Under the pieces are notes generated by a model. That model was not told where the DNA came from. It was given only the letters and a program-made list of their open reading frames with translations, and made no database searches. This document shows positions 18,296 through 28,331 of a stretch of 64,000 nucleotides of DNA, piece after piece (the first letter of the stretch is position 1; each line of letters opens with the position of its first letter). Source of the stretch: a virus (Duplodnaviria; Caudoviricetes); IMG/VR virus record IMGVR_UViG_3300028920_000023. One strand, written 5' to 3'. Both the position numbers and the translations under genes were made by a program.

Positions 18296-18892
18296 ATGCC
18301 AAAAATCAAAAGAATCCACTTCTACCATATACCAAGGACCGGTGGACATAGCGTTTACAAGTTCTATCCCAGAATAAGAAAATTCGGCATCCAAATGCCG
18401 AATAACGGTCATACGCCATATCAGGATTACAATATTCCAAGCTTCATATTCCTAAGGAACCCAGCTATGCACTCGTTCTCAAGCTACCATTATATCCGTG
18501 AGCACAAAACACATAAGCTACATAACGAAATGCTCCGCAAGAGCTTCACCCAAATACTCAGAGAAGGACAGCCCCTAGACAGGTTCTGCGGCTTCCTAGG
18601 CAGGGGTGCAAAAACACCAAAAGAAAGATTAGAGAGAGCAAAAAGGAATATAGACAAAATCACCTTCGTAGGGTTCACAGAACGGTTCGACGAGGACATG
18701 AACATCTTCCTCCGGGATATTTTGGGCGTCCCCCTACGATACAACAGAGCCGTGGTAAATTCTAGCAACGTCTACAAAAAGAAATTAAGACCAAGCCCCA
18801 CAGACATCAAACTGCTGAAGGAACTACGCGCAGACGACTACGAACTAGTAAGATATGTAATGAAGAAAAGAAACGTAAGAATCCCACTGTAG
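18296..18892 (+). CDS. sulfotransferase (Sulfotransfer_2-like)
   Basis: 5'-PSB-like FYHIPRTGGHSV, 3'-PB-like FLRNP...SFSSY, FVGFTERFDED, DYEL. Confidence 0.85.
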   Translation: MPKIKRIHFYHIPRTGGHSVYKFYPRIRKFGIQMPNNGHTPYQDYNIPSFIFLRNPAMHSFSSYHYIREHKTHKLHNEMLRKSFTQILREGQPLDRFCGFLGRGAKTPKERLERAKRNIDKITFVGFTERFDEDMNIFLRDILGVPLRYNRAVVNSSNVYKKKLRPSPTDIKLLKELRADDYELVRYVMKKRNVRIPL

Positions 18893-18894
18893 AC

Positions 18895-18938
18895 GAAATG
18901 CCGACCAAAAACGGTCATTTGCCTTTGGTCGGCATTTC
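18895..18938. terminator. bidirectional terminator-like hairpin between convergent genes
   Basis: GAAATGCCGACCAAA / TTTGGTCGGCATTTC, perfect 15-bp stem. Confidence 0.75.
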
Positions 18939-18956
18939 ATCACCCCCATCAGGTCT

Positions 18957-19400
18957 TCAAGAAGCCGAAGTGGGCCAGGGCGTGGCTAAATCATCCGCTT
19001 CTAAACCATCCGCTTTCAGAATACGAGCGCGCAGTTCTATGATCTCTTCTGCGCGTTTCAAGGACATGCCTGAGTTCATCAGATCGTCTGTAGTCTTGCC
19101 GTCCAGCACCTCCACCAGAGCCCTAGCTACGGACTTCGCTTTCCACAACAAGGAGGGATCCTCCTTGCCCGCAAGTTTGAATGCCGTATCTCTGAACTCA
19201 TCACACAGATCAGACAACGTACCTGCCCCGAGATCGCGGAGCCTTATCCTGGGCCGTATCTGTTCCGGCCCTTTGCCTGTGTTGGGCACCTTCGAAGGCG
19301 TATCTATCAAAACCACGTTGGGCACTTCAAACGAGCTAAGCTTGATTGTCGTTTCTACCATCACTCCTCCTCTCTGATTACAGGCTTGTTGTTCAGACAC
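18957..19400 (-). CDS. hypothetical protein
   Basis: 147-aa ORF. Confidence 0.6.
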   Translation of the reverse strand: MSEQQACNQRGGVMVETTIKLSSFEVPNVVLIDTPSKVPNTGKGPEQIRPRIRLRDLGAGTLSDLCDEFRDTAFKLAGKEDPSLLWKAKSVARALVEVLDGKTTDDLMNSGMSLKRAEEIIELRARILKADGLEADDLATPWPTSAS

Positions 19401-20148
19401 GCAAAGACGGGGTTTGTGGCTTAATCCAGGTCTTCCCGATGGCCTTGTCGGCCAGGGCTTGTACTGCGGCGTCGGTCATTCGGTCATTGTGCAAAGCATC
19501 CTTGACCTCGTGGTACTGCTTAACCGCCATGTATTCGAGGAATGTTTCCTCGGCTTTCTCCTGTAGCGTAGCGATCTCGGCCTCGAGATGTGCGATCTTC
19601 TTTTCGATCGGCGCTTTGGTCTTTGCCTTCTTCAATTCCTTCTTTGCTTCCTCCAGAAGGTATTCAGCCACAGGCAAACGCTTCCCGCCAAACGCACTCA
19701 CTACCATGGGCAGGATTTCGTCCATTTTGGCCATCGCCGCATCACTTAGCGAGATTTCTGTTTTCTGGGTGAAGTACTTCTCGAATTTGTCCCCAAAGAG
19801 TTTTTCTAGCTCTTTGGCTTGTTTCGGGTCGATTTTGCTGTATTTGTTCTGTACCACGAAAGTAAGGGGCGTGAGTTTGCCGACTTGGACCTTAACTGAA
19901 GAGAAAGCCTTTCCTTCTTTGAGGCAGAAGGCCTTCATCTCCTTGCTTGACTCCTCGCGGAGCGTCGCGGCGTTGGTCTCAGCTTTCGCTTTGGCGTTCT
20001 TTTCTTTCTCTTTGGCCTCTCGGTATTCGTTCACAGCCTCCCTGAGTTCCTCAGTATCCGGCAATTCGATGACCGGCATACTGCTCTTCTTTGCTTTCGT
20101 GTCCGCATTCTTGCTCGCAGCCTTCTTCAGCAGATTACCAATACCCAT
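19393..20148 (-). CDS. hypothetical coiled-coil protein
   Basis: 251 aa, Lys/Glu/Ala rich, AGGAG SD. Confidence 0.75.
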   Translation of the reverse strand: MGIGNLLKKAASKNADTKAKKSSMPVIELPDTEELREAVNEYREAKEKEKNAKAKAETNAATLREESSKEMKAFCLKEGKAFSSVKVQVGKLTPLTFVVQNKYSKIDPKQAKELEKLFGDKFEKYFTQKTEISLSDAAMAKMDEILPMVVSAFGGKRLPVAEYLLEEAKKELKKAKTKAPIEKKIAHLEAEIATLQEKAEETFLEYMAVKQYHEVKDALHNDRMTDAAVQALADKAIGKTWIKPQTPSLRV

Positions 20149-20236
20149 GTTTCTCTCCTTTGTGAGCGTGGCGCGGCCCCTGTGCCGCGCCTGTGTGTTT
20201 GTTGTAGCGCCTATCTTGGTACGACGACCTTACAGC

Positions 20237-20509
20237 TTAAATCCGTCTCTGATAGATCGCAACGAACATCAAAGCCGGAACAGCAGACATAACCCATCCC
20301 TCGCCCTCGAGCCGGACCATCTCATGGCAATCATCATCTGTCGAGAAACGACCCACTCTGGTGAACTCGTGTCTCGACACCACATCGTCATCAGCCACCT
20401 TGATCACAAACGACCGGCGACTTTCGCTATAGAGAGTAAGCTCCAAACCGTGCTCACGTGCACAACCAGACATCCGGTCCACTATCGTCTTGACGAAGGT
20501 ATCTTCCAT
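20237..20509 (-). CDS. hypothetical protein
   Basis: 90-aa ORF. Confidence 0.6.
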   Translation of the reverse strand: MEDTFVKTIVDRMSGCAREHGLELTLYSESRRSFVIKVADDDVVSRHEFTRVGRFSTDDDCHEMVRLEGEGWVMSAVPALMFVAIYQRRI

Positions 20510-20532
20510 ATTCTTCTATCCTTACTAAAGCA

Positions 20533-21732
20533 CTAGTTGAGAATTGCGCCAGATGCCCAATGATCCCGCGCTGTCTTACTATTTGGGTCGATGAAATCCT
20601 CGAATTCACCTAACTCCACCACCGAATTCTCCAGATCATACTCCTTGGCGATCAGATCCCCAAACACACCAGTAAACTTCCTAGCCGCATCTGGGGTCAG
20701 CTGATGCGTAGCAACCTCAGTAACGAAATTCAGCAAACGATACATATGGCAGGGCGTCGGCGTCATCCGCTGTCGCTTCTCCGAGATACTGTTGAGATCC
20801 GCGACCCCATAAAGCGCCCTGAGGTCACCCGTGAGGTTGCGGAAGTGCTTGAACAGATCAGACCTCAGAGTCTTACCAATAGTCCCTGTATCGGTCTGAC
20901 CAGTCTTCTCGGCCATCTGAGCCGAGAATGACTCATCGAAATCCTCAGGAGCTAAATTTGCGACGAGCTTGCCCACCCTGACGCACTCCGCGACGCTAGC
21001 ATGCGTCCTCTGGGAAGCATCCATCCTCTGCAGAAGGGCTGCATACCCCTCTTCGTTCTGGAAGCTCTCAAGAATCCGAATCGCGGTCCCCACCGGGTCT
21101 TCAGAACCCACTTGGATTGCAGACCTGAAGATCTTGCTATGCGCAATAACACCGTTGGTACAAACCTGACGCCAGAGGCTAAGGAAGACAGCCGGGTCGC
21201 CATAGCCGTCGATTGGTGTTTCGAGGGCAATCTTCATTGCGAAGTCATCTGGACCGATCTTCCTATTAATTCCTAGGAGATTCAGAGGTGTATGAATGGT
21301 TTGGTATTTGCCATCGCAAAAGGATGCTCTTTCCACTCCAAGGTGGTTGTAGACCGCTATTGCTTGTTCATCATACAGCATCTTGCGTCCTGGTTTGGTG
21401 ACGCCCCATAGTCTTGGGTTGTCACCTCTTTCTACACAGAGCTGTACTTGGTCATCGGTGAATCGACCTGTGTCTCCGATTCTTTGGAAGACTTCGTAGT
21501 GGTCGAAGAGACGGAACACGCTTGGACCAAATTGGAAGCGTGATCCTAGACTGATCCAGAATCGGGATGTCGGTCTAGCTTCTCGTCCGTCTGGAAGGAC
21601 GATCTTATCTGCGACCATGGACCCTGTCTTGGGGTCTCGATGCCCCAGTGCTTTGAGATCCGACACCGCTGCTTGCGGGTAATCGAATGTGGGTAGGTCT
21701 ATCAGTTGACTACTGCCTGAATCGTACGTCAA
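20533..21732 (-). CDS. DUF932-like protein
   Basis: L.RQVCTNG motif characteristic of DUF932; TTG start with GGAGG SD. Confidence 0.6.
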   Translation of the reverse strand: MTYDSGSSQLIDLPTFDYPQAAVSDLKALGHRDPKTGSMVADKIVLPDGREARPTSRFWISLGSRFQFGPSVFRLFDHYEVFQRIGDTGRFTDDQVQLCVERGDNPRLWGVTKPGRKMLYDEQAIAVYNHLGVERASFCDGKYQTIHTPLNLLGINRKIGPDDFAMKIALETPIDGYGDPAVFLSLWRQVCTNGVIAHSKIFRSAIQVGSEDPVGTAIRILESFQNEEGYAALLQRMDASQRTHASVAECVRVGKLVANLAPEDFDESFSAQMAEKTGQTDTGTIGKTLRSDLFKHFRNLTGDLRALYGVADLNSISEKRQRMTPTPCHMYRLLNFVTEVATHQLTPDAARKFTGVFGDLIAKEYDLENSVVELGEFEDFIDPNSKTARDHWASGAILN

Positions 21733-21846
21733 AACCGCCTCCTCTCTGTTGGGACATTCCCCAGGAAGATCCTCCTAGGGAATACCACACACCTAGTATG
21801 GACAAAGTTAACGCTTCACCAGATTGTGCAAGTTGCCACGCCGCCT

Positions 21847-21854
21847 CAAAAATA
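21847..21854 (+). promoter_or_regulatory. putative phage late promoter CAAAAATA
   Basis: 5 nt upstream of the ATG at 21860 with no SD in between (possibly leaderless). Confidence 0.5.
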
Positions 21855-21859
21855 AGATT

Positions 21860-22612
21860 ATGAAACTCTCAACACTAACACTAAACTACAACAGAGCCAA
21901 CAGTATAATCTCGGGAAACATCGGCCAGATTATCAAAGAATCCCTCGTCCTAGAGGGAGCTGATCTGGTCGACGCCCTAACGGAGCATTTCCCAAATCTG
22001 CCAAAAATACTAGCCAAACTAGGCATAGACGTACCAAACCTCCAAATGGTAGGACGCGGAGACAAAGGAACGGCATTCTATGACGGTAATAAGATAGTAA
22101 AAATAACAGAAGACGAAAGAGAAGCAAGAGCCTCAGCGAATATCATGGGTGTAGATGTGCCAGGAGTGAACAAAGTCTACCATGTCTCTCGCTTCGCCAA
22201 GGAGATACCATACCAAGAAGAAGGTGACGAAGAACCAATCGATACTCAATATTACCTCATTATACAAGATTACCTTAATACCAAGATCAGTAGAGCCCAG
22301 TCCAAAGCATCTGAATTAGTTGATGAATTTCTTATCGACCATCTTAGAAAAATACCATGGCCTTTCGATCCCAGGGCACTGCTGCGCCCTGTGCATAATT
22401 ACTGGTTCAGGAAAAAACACGAATCCGCAATGAGTCCAGAAGTAGACAAGTATATATTGGAGCTATTGCAGAGCATCTCGGACCTCTATGCCAGACATCA
22501 TATCAAATTCTTCGATGTCAAGGGCAATGTTGGGGTTGACGCTGACGGCCATTTGAAACTCTTCGATCTGGGCATCTCGGATTCGCCAGAAGTCAACATC
22601 CCAGTTATCTGA
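21860..22612 (+). CDS. protein kinase-like fold protein
   Basis: Gly-rich loop VGRGDKGTAF, IVKITED, catalytic-loop-like DVKGNVG, DFG-like LFDLG. Confidence 0.75.
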   Translation: MKLSTLTLNYNRANSIISGNIGQIIKESLVLEGADLVDALTEHFPNLPKILAKLGIDVPNLQMVGRGDKGTAFYDGNKIVKITEDEREARASANIMGVDVPGVNKVYHVSRFAKEIPYQEEGDEEPIDTQYYLIIQDYLNTKISRAQSKASELVDEFLIDHLRKIPWPFDPRALLRPVHNYWFRKKHESAMSPEVDKYILELLQSISDLYARHHIKFFDVKGNVGVDADGHLKLFDLGISDSPEVNIPVI

Positions 22613-22994
22613 TGGTGCCCATTCTAAGATCTGATCGAATTCCCAGGATGGCCGATTTTAGATTTATTACTTCGGGGTTACAGATCCAGAACCTTTTGAT
22701 GTGTTCTGGCATGTTCATGAGGACCTCTGGGGAGTCTTCGAACATGCAGTCTATGCCTAGGTTCTGTGCTTGTTTGGCTTTCCATGTGGCGAAGTCGTCG
22801 TCTTCTTCGGGCAGGACTATGTCTGTGTAGGATATTTTGTGTTCAGCCAATAATTTTTGTATTTCTTCTTTGCTGTCGGTCCTGTATGTGATTACGTAGA
22901 CTTCTCCGCCTGATTTGATTATGGCTTCGGATAATATCGAGAAGAGTTCTGGTGCGTCGGTGATTGTTCCGTCGTAGTCGATACCTATCTTCAT
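22605..22994 (-). CDS. HAD-superfamily phosphatase (capless)
   Basis: Motif I IGIDYDGT, motif II ITYR, K, motif IV FEDSPE. Confidence 0.85.
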   Translation of the reverse strand: MKIGIDYDGTITDAPELFSILSEAIIKSGGEVYVITYRTDSKEEIQKLLAEHKISYTDIVLPEEDDDFATWKAKQAQNLGIDCMFEDSPEVLMNMPEHIKRFWICNPEVINLKSAILGIRSDLRMGTIR

Positions 22995-23053
22995 GATGTT
23001 CCTTTCTGTTCCTCGGGATAGGGAGAGGTACTAGCATCTTGCCCTATCTGCCG

Positions 23054-23461
23054 TCATTTGCTAAAAATTAGGCAATAAGATCTGCCATATTCTTCCACTG
23101 CAGAACGAAATGAGAACGGTACTATAATCCTCAGATTATCGTATTCCTCAATCTCGCTCTCCGAGAGTGAGCCGTTCTCGGTAATTTCGTCGATCTCGGC
23201 AATCTCTTCGTCTGATATAGCAATCTTAGATCGGTGCTTCTTAGAACCCAGTAGAACCTCTAGGGAGACGACTCTGACGAGCCTATAAGTGCCCCTTTTT
23301 GGCATATTTTTAAGCTTATGAATCATATCCCCCAGAGCTTCTGTAGCATATCGCCCAAGCTCGAGACTAGCACTATCAAGGAATATATCATGTTTTCTTT
23401 CTTTGTAGATCTCGAATTTAGCAGCAGATATTCGTTTTTTGATTTCCTTGATTTTCATCAA
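23054..23461 (-). CDS. hypothetical protein
   Basis: 135-aa ORF with AGGAGG SD. Confidence 0.65.
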   Translation of the reverse strand: MMKIKEIKKRISAAKFEIYKERKHDIFLDSASLELGRYATEALGDMIHKLKNMPKRGTYRLVRVVSLEVLLGSKKHRSKIAISDEEIAEIDEITENGSLSESEIEEYDNLRIIVPFSFRSAVEEYGRSYCLIFSK

Positions 23462-23529
23462 CCATCCTCCTAATTTTCAAACCCCGGCTCCAGCCGAGAG
23501 ACGTCCACAACGTCCCCAAGTGCTTAATC

Positions 23530-24810
23530 TCATTTGTTTACAGAACCTAACCACTGACAAACCAGATCAATGACCACCGGAAACTCACACTCCGGGTCAG
23601 AAAGGATCTCGGTCGAAGCACCAATCTCCAAAACGGCCTTAGTCTTGATATTGTCTATCTTGAAGCTGGTCCCAGAACGGTGGCTTAAAGCAAAGCATAG
23701 ATCCAAGATCTTCTGGCTTTGATCTCCACTAAGGGACCTCGGCCACTGCACCAGCGCAATCGTGCCCTTCTCATAAGCTTCTACCTTGAAGTGAACAGGA
23801 CCATAATCCAAGGTCATTCGCGTAAATTTCCCAGTAAACTGCCCATAATGTTTAGTTGATCCAAGAATTTCGGTTGCCAGACCGTATTCCGAGAGCAGCT
23901 TGTTCCCAACCGCCCTAGCCAGATCAGACGCACCTTCCTCAACTGTCATCGACTTGCCTAGCCTGGGTTTAATCTTCTCGTTGCGAATATACTTAAGCGG
24001 GTTCTTTACCAGCTTGCACAACTCCACCAGCTGGTCCTCAGTGATCCTGCCCTCTTCCTCGAAGTGATCCATGAACTGTAATGCACCTACAGACTTCTTG
24101 ACAGCAACTCTGCAATCTTCAAAGGTCGGATTCCTAAAATACCGTATTGCTAATCCAGACTTCTTTAGAGCAGCCTGTTCAAGTTCGTCTGTGCGGTTCT
24201 CTTTCCTGATCCGCTGCAGCGCGTTGTAATTCTGTTTAATCGCAGCAAGCTTGATTGCCTCTGGCGGATTCCTGATATGCTGTATAGCATAACCATTTTG
24301 CTTTACTGCCGCTAATTTGACATCTTCCGAAAGACTCTCGATACACCGTATAGCAGTGCCATCTTGCTTTACTGCCGCTAATTTGACAGCTTCCGACGGA
24401 TTCTCGATATACTGTAGAGCAGTGCCGTTTTGCTTTACTGCTGCTAATTTGACAGCTTCCGACGGATTCTCGATACGCTGTAGAGCGTCAACACATTGCT
24501 TTACTGCTGCTATTTTGACATCTTCCGAAGGATTCTCAATATGTCGTATAACGTCACCGTGTCGATTTACCGCTGCTAATTTGACAGCTTCCGAAGGATT
24601 CTCAATATGTCGTATAACGTCACCGTTTTGCTTTACCGCTGCTAATTTGACATCTTCCGAAGGATTCTCGATATACTGTATAGCGTCACCATGTCGATTT
24701 ACTGCTGCTAATTTGACAGCTTCTGACGGATTCTTAATTTCTGTTATGACATCGGATTTGGAATGCCAACTCCGGACCTTCTTTAGCTGCTCAGCTTCGG
24801 ACAGGGCCAT
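23530..24810 (-). CDS. DUF4116-repeat protein
   Basis: Eight 22-aa units NPSE[AD]VKLAAV[KN][QR][NH]G.A[IL]..IE plus a unique C-terminal domain. Confidence 0.85.
   Translation of the reverse strand: MALSEAEQLKKVRSWHSKSDVITEIKNPSEAVKLAAVNRHGDAIQYIENPSEDVKLAAVKQNGDVIRHIENPSEAVKLAAVNRHGDVIRHIENPSEDVKIAAVKQCVDALQRIENPSEAVKLAAVKQNGTALQYIENPSEAVKLAAVKQDGTAIRCIESLSEDVKLAAVKQNGYAIQHIRNPPEAIKLAAIKQNYNALQRIRKENRTDELEQAALKKSGLAIRYFRNPTFEDCRVAVKKSVGALQFMDHFEEEGRITEDQLVELCKLVKNPLKYIRNEKIKPRLGKSMTVEEGASDLARAVGNKLLSEYGLATEILGSTKHYGQFTGKFTRMTLDYGPVHFKVEAYEKGTIALVQWPRSLSGDQSQKILDLCFALSHRSGTSFKIDNIKTKAVLEIGASTEILSDPECEFPVVIDLVCQWLGSVNK
24205..24732. repeat. 66-bp coding tandem repeat, 8 units
   Basis: Recurrent gctaatttgaca..ttc.ga.ggattctc at 66-nt period. 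Confidence 0.9.
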
Positions 24811-24836
24811 TTTGTATCTCCTCCTGTGAACACAAC

Positions 24837-26045
24837 CTATTCCTCATCGAACATATCAGCAAGTTCGCTCAGAGCAGATTTCCTCTGCTTCAGCTCCGTA
24901 CTCTGCTTAGATAGTTCCCCATCCTTATTGAGCTTCAATGCTCCTTTCTTAAACCCCTGCAGATACAGGGGTAACTCCACAGGCTTATCAAACAAATTCT
25001 CAGCCACCAACCTATTCAGACGAAGAACATCAGCACCCTCACCGATACAGCGCCATTCCCCGTCCTGAAGAAGAAACTGACAACGAGGGTTGGCTACCTT
25101 CGTATAGGTGAACCGGGTCTGCGAAGATTGCACCATCATAGCAACTTTGTCAGGGTTCTCCGGATCCTTCCGGAGAACCCGACCAGCCATCTGCGTCGTA
25201 GGGAGCTTACAACTGTCCCTAACCCATGAGGTCTGCAAATACGGCGCATCAAACCCCTCAGTCAACAGATGGATATTAGCCAGAACCTGCACCGAATCAG
25301 AGCAATGAGGTCGACCCATCCGATATTCCCTCGACCACGTCTCGTGGGCCTCGAACAGGTCATCACGCTCACTCTCCGACAATTTACCATGCATAAACGC
25401 ACAACTCACGCCACCCTTCTCGAGTATAGAGATATATTCTCGACAAAGAGCCTCATTCTGGAAATAAATAACCGAGCTTCCCCATTTCTCCGGATCCATA
25501 AGCAAAGCATCAGCTGTGGACCGAGGAGTCCACTCCGGTAGAACATACTGGTCGAATTGGCTCAGATAACCCTGGTCGATGAGGAAACGTACACCGCAGT
25601 CCTTGATGATTTTGTTATAGCCAAGCTTCACACGGTCCGTCCTAAAAGGAGTCGCCGTAAGACCTATAGAATAGGTGGAGCCAGCCAGCTCGTGTATATT
25701 GGCGCAAGAAGAAGCAGCGTCGTGCTGTGCTTCGTCTGTTAGCACCAGATCTGCCTTCGGTGGATTCTTGTCGAACATGCTTACGAACGAGATATCTCTA
25801 ACGCCGATAGACTCGTTCTCTTCCCTTGCTTGAGCTAGCAGCTTCCTGCGCATGGCGACCCAAACAAAGCGCATAGAGGGATCGTGTTGCTTGAGTTTGT
25901 ACAGGATCTTTAGAGCCATTATTGTCTTGCCGGACCCAGTTGGGCTCTCTATGAGGATAGACTTGCTGTCGCCGGAGGCGATACAGTCAAATGCTTTTTC
26001 GACTATACGCTTCTGGTATGGTCTATCCTCCAAGACTCTCGCCAT
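24837..26045 (-). CDS. SF2 DEAD/DEAH-box helicase
   Basis: ESPTGSGKT, DEAQH, LTAT, LTEGFDAP, QMAGRVLR. Confidence 0.92.
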   Translation of the reverse strand: MARVLEDRPYQKRIVEKAFDCIASGDSKSILIESPTGSGKTIMALKILYKLKQHDPSMRFVWVAMRRKLLAQAREENESIGVRDISFVSMFDKNPPKADLVLTDEAQHDAASSCANIHELAGSTYSIGLTATPFRTDRVKLGYNKIIKDCGVRFLIDQGYLSQFDQYVLPEWTPRSTADALLMDPEKWGSSVIYFQNEALCREYISILEKGGVSCAFMHGKLSESERDDLFEAHETWSREYRMGRPHCSDSVQVLANIHLLTEGFDAPYLQTSWVRDSCKLPTTQMAGRVLRKDPENPDKVAMMVQSSQTRFTYTKVANPRCQFLLQDGEWRCIGEGADVLRLNRLVAENLFDKPVELPLYLQGFKKGALKLNKDGELSKQSTELKQRKSALSELADMFDEE

Positions 26046-26376
26046 CTGTATCCTCCTCGGCTGTTGTGGCCTTCTCGTAGTCCTCCTGCATGAGAGCCAT
26101 CAGGCGTTTGGTTCTTTGCCATATCGCGTTGAGCTCGGAATGATAGTTCCGAACCTGTAGTCTTGTTTCTTTCTTCAGGTACTTCTGGTCGGCCAGCAAC
26201 TTCTCGAATGCAGCCATGAGGTCATCAGCGTAGTTGGCCAACTCCGGCGCATCCTCGATCATCGTCTGCAGTGCTTCTTCGATTTCTTTCTTAGTTGGTT
26301 GCTCTGGCGGGATGATTTGTGTAATTCTAGCCCAGTTATCTGGTGTGCCACCAAAGCATATTCGGTTTTTGCTCAT
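26023..26376 (-). CDS. hypothetical protein
   Basis: 117-aa ORF. Confidence 0.6.
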   Translation of the reverse strand: MSKNRICFGGTPDNWARITQIIPPEQPTKKEIEEALQTMIEDAPELANYADDLMAAFEKLLADQKYLKKETRLQVRNYHSELNAIWQRTKRLMALMQEDYEKATTAEEDTDGESLGG

Positions 26377-26464
26377 TGTGCGCTCCTTGCATGCATAAGA
26401 GACAGCCCATCACAGACAGGCTGTCTCTCGTATCTCCGTTGCGGATCGTGTACAGGAGTGCGTT

Positions 26465-26947
26465 TTAGTCTCCGACCGAGACCAGCTTGTAGGCCGGGGC
26501 TTTGTCGGTGGACTTGGCGAGCTTCTTGTAGAAGTATTCGCCCACGTCCTGGATCTGTCCTTTTTCCTCGCCGACCTGACGCGGGGCGTTTCCCTTGGCG
26601 CAGGAAAAGCCGTTCTTCTTCAAGAAGACGCGGCGGTGGTGGGGAGTGGTATCCAGGGGCTCGCGCAATTCGGCAGGAGCCTTGACATACTTCGAGATGG
26701 AACCGTAAAGATTGAAGGTCCGCACGATACCGTCCTCGAGTTCGGCTACGGCCTTACAGCCGCACTTCTGGTCGAAGTTGGCGTTGCGGTAGGCGATTAT
26801 CCTCTGGGGCGTGTCGGCTAATTGGGTTTTGCTCACCGTGGTCGGTCGTTTTCGACCCGGCAACAGCACCTTCACTTGCTCACCCTTGTCCTCGATGACA
26901 CGGACAAAGATATTCTTGTCTGCGAGATAGGCGTATTGCTGCTTCAT
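26465..26947 (-). CDS. hypothetical protein
   Basis: GGAGG SD; 160 aa. Confidence 0.7.
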   Translation of the reverse strand: MKQQYAYLADKNIFVRVIEDKGEQVKVLLPGRKRPTTVSKTQLADTPQRIIAYRNANFDQKCGCKAVAELEDGIVRTFNLYGSISKYVKAPAELREPLDTTPHHRRVFLKKNGFSCAKGNAPRQVGEEKGQIQDVGEYFYKKLAKSTDKAPAYKLVSVGD

Positions 26948-27504
26948 GGTACATCCTCCAAAAAAGAGTGAAAAAGAATCTCGTCGCCTCGCCGACGAGG
27001 TTGTATCGTCATCCTACGGTGCCGCCAGGGGGTATTCTCACTAGATCCTCATCTTAACCACCTCCACAAACCACAATGCCCAATTAGAAAACACACGCGC
27101 CAAACCACGCGCCTCTCGATACCGCCAGAGAAAAATCAAGAATAATCTACATCTCTACCCCTCCGTAAGCCATTGCGATTAAACTCATCCCGTGCGCAAA
27201 CCGCACCATCCTGCTCCGATCGTGTCGTGGCGCGCAGCTTCGTCCGGCGTCCTCTGCCGTACGGGAATGCCAGATATCCAAACGCCTTCTGCTACTAGCC
27301 AAAGCCTCCCATTTCTCTTGACCCGAGAACAAGATTTTGCTTTTCTTCGCTGGTCGTGTCATGGCGGGCGGCTCGGTACGGCGTCCTTACGTCTTGATAT
27401 GGGTATTCTTACTTCGGGTATTTCTATAAGTGTAATAAGAATTAACTACACCTTTACAGGACAGAATAAGAGGATAACAGTAGCCCCCACAGGAGATACC
27501 GGAC

Positions 27505-28224
27505 ATGCCAGACGCGATACGAGAAGGTCAATACGTCACTCTAAAGGGGCAAGACGACACTCGGCTAGAGGGCGTTTACGAGGTACTGGGTATCCCAATG
27601 GACGATGGGAAACCAAGCAAGCACGCTTTGCGAGTTAAGACCCCACATGGAACAATAATACGCATTCACAAAAGCAGAGTAGATAGCATAGCCAACCAGC
27701 CAGGAAAGGAAGAAGAAATGCCGGAAGAAACCGCAGAAGCCACAGAAGCCACAAAGCAAGAACAAACGCCAGAAATCCAGGCGGAGCCAGAAGCCAAAAC
27801 AAGTCCAAAGAAAGCAAAAAAGAAGACCAAGAAAGCCAAAGCAAAACCAGAAGCAAAACCAGAACCAGAACCCTTCGATCTCAAACAATTCGCAGTAGAA
27901 AACGGTGGAGTATTATTCAGCAAAAGATGTAACTTCGACCATAAGAAATACAAAGTGCACAGCCACTGTGTAATCGATACCAGCAAAAAAGTATTTTATT
28001 GTTTCAACACATACACCAAATCCAATGGCGTAGTAACCCTAGGGAGTAAAGCCAAACCAATGGCCTACCCCCTGAAGGGTAAGAAAATGAACAAAGTCAA
28101 AATCTGCAAGAAAACCGGCGAAAAAGAAACAATATCCTCACGTGGTACCAAGACCGCCGAAGAAATCATGATCAGCTATAAAAAGAAAGGCTACAAAGAA
28201 GCAGATCTAGCAGTCACAGCATAA
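27505..28224 (+). CDS. hypothetical Lys-rich protein (SH3-like N-terminus, E/P/K linker)
   Basis: AGGAG SD; 239 aa. Confidence 0.75.
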   Translation: MPDAIREGQYVTLKGQDDTRLEGVYEVLGIPMDDGKPSKHALRVKTPHGTIIRIHKSRVDSIANQPGKEEEMPEETAEATEATKQEQTPEIQAEPEAKTSPKKAKKKTKKAKAKPEAKPEPEPFDLKQFAVENGGVLFSKRCNFDHKKYKVHSHCVIDTSKKVFYCFNTYTKSNGVVTLGSKAKPMAYPLKGKKMNKVKICKKTGEKETISSRGTKTAEEIMISYKKKGYKEADLAVTA

Positions 28225-28241
28225 TATTTCCTGGAAGGAAA

Positions 28242-28278
28242 GTCCCCGTGGCCTAAAGGACAAGGCAGCTGACTTGTA
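28242..28278 (+). pseudogene. tRNA 5'-half-like fragment (anticodon UGU)
   Basis: GTCCCCG-TG-GCCT-aaaggaca-AGGC-A-GCTGA-CTTGTA with no T arm following. Confidence 0.5.
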
Positions 28279-28331
28279 TAATTGGGAGCCAGTTGCTTTG
28301 CGTGGACTATATCTTCCAGATGATTCACCAA

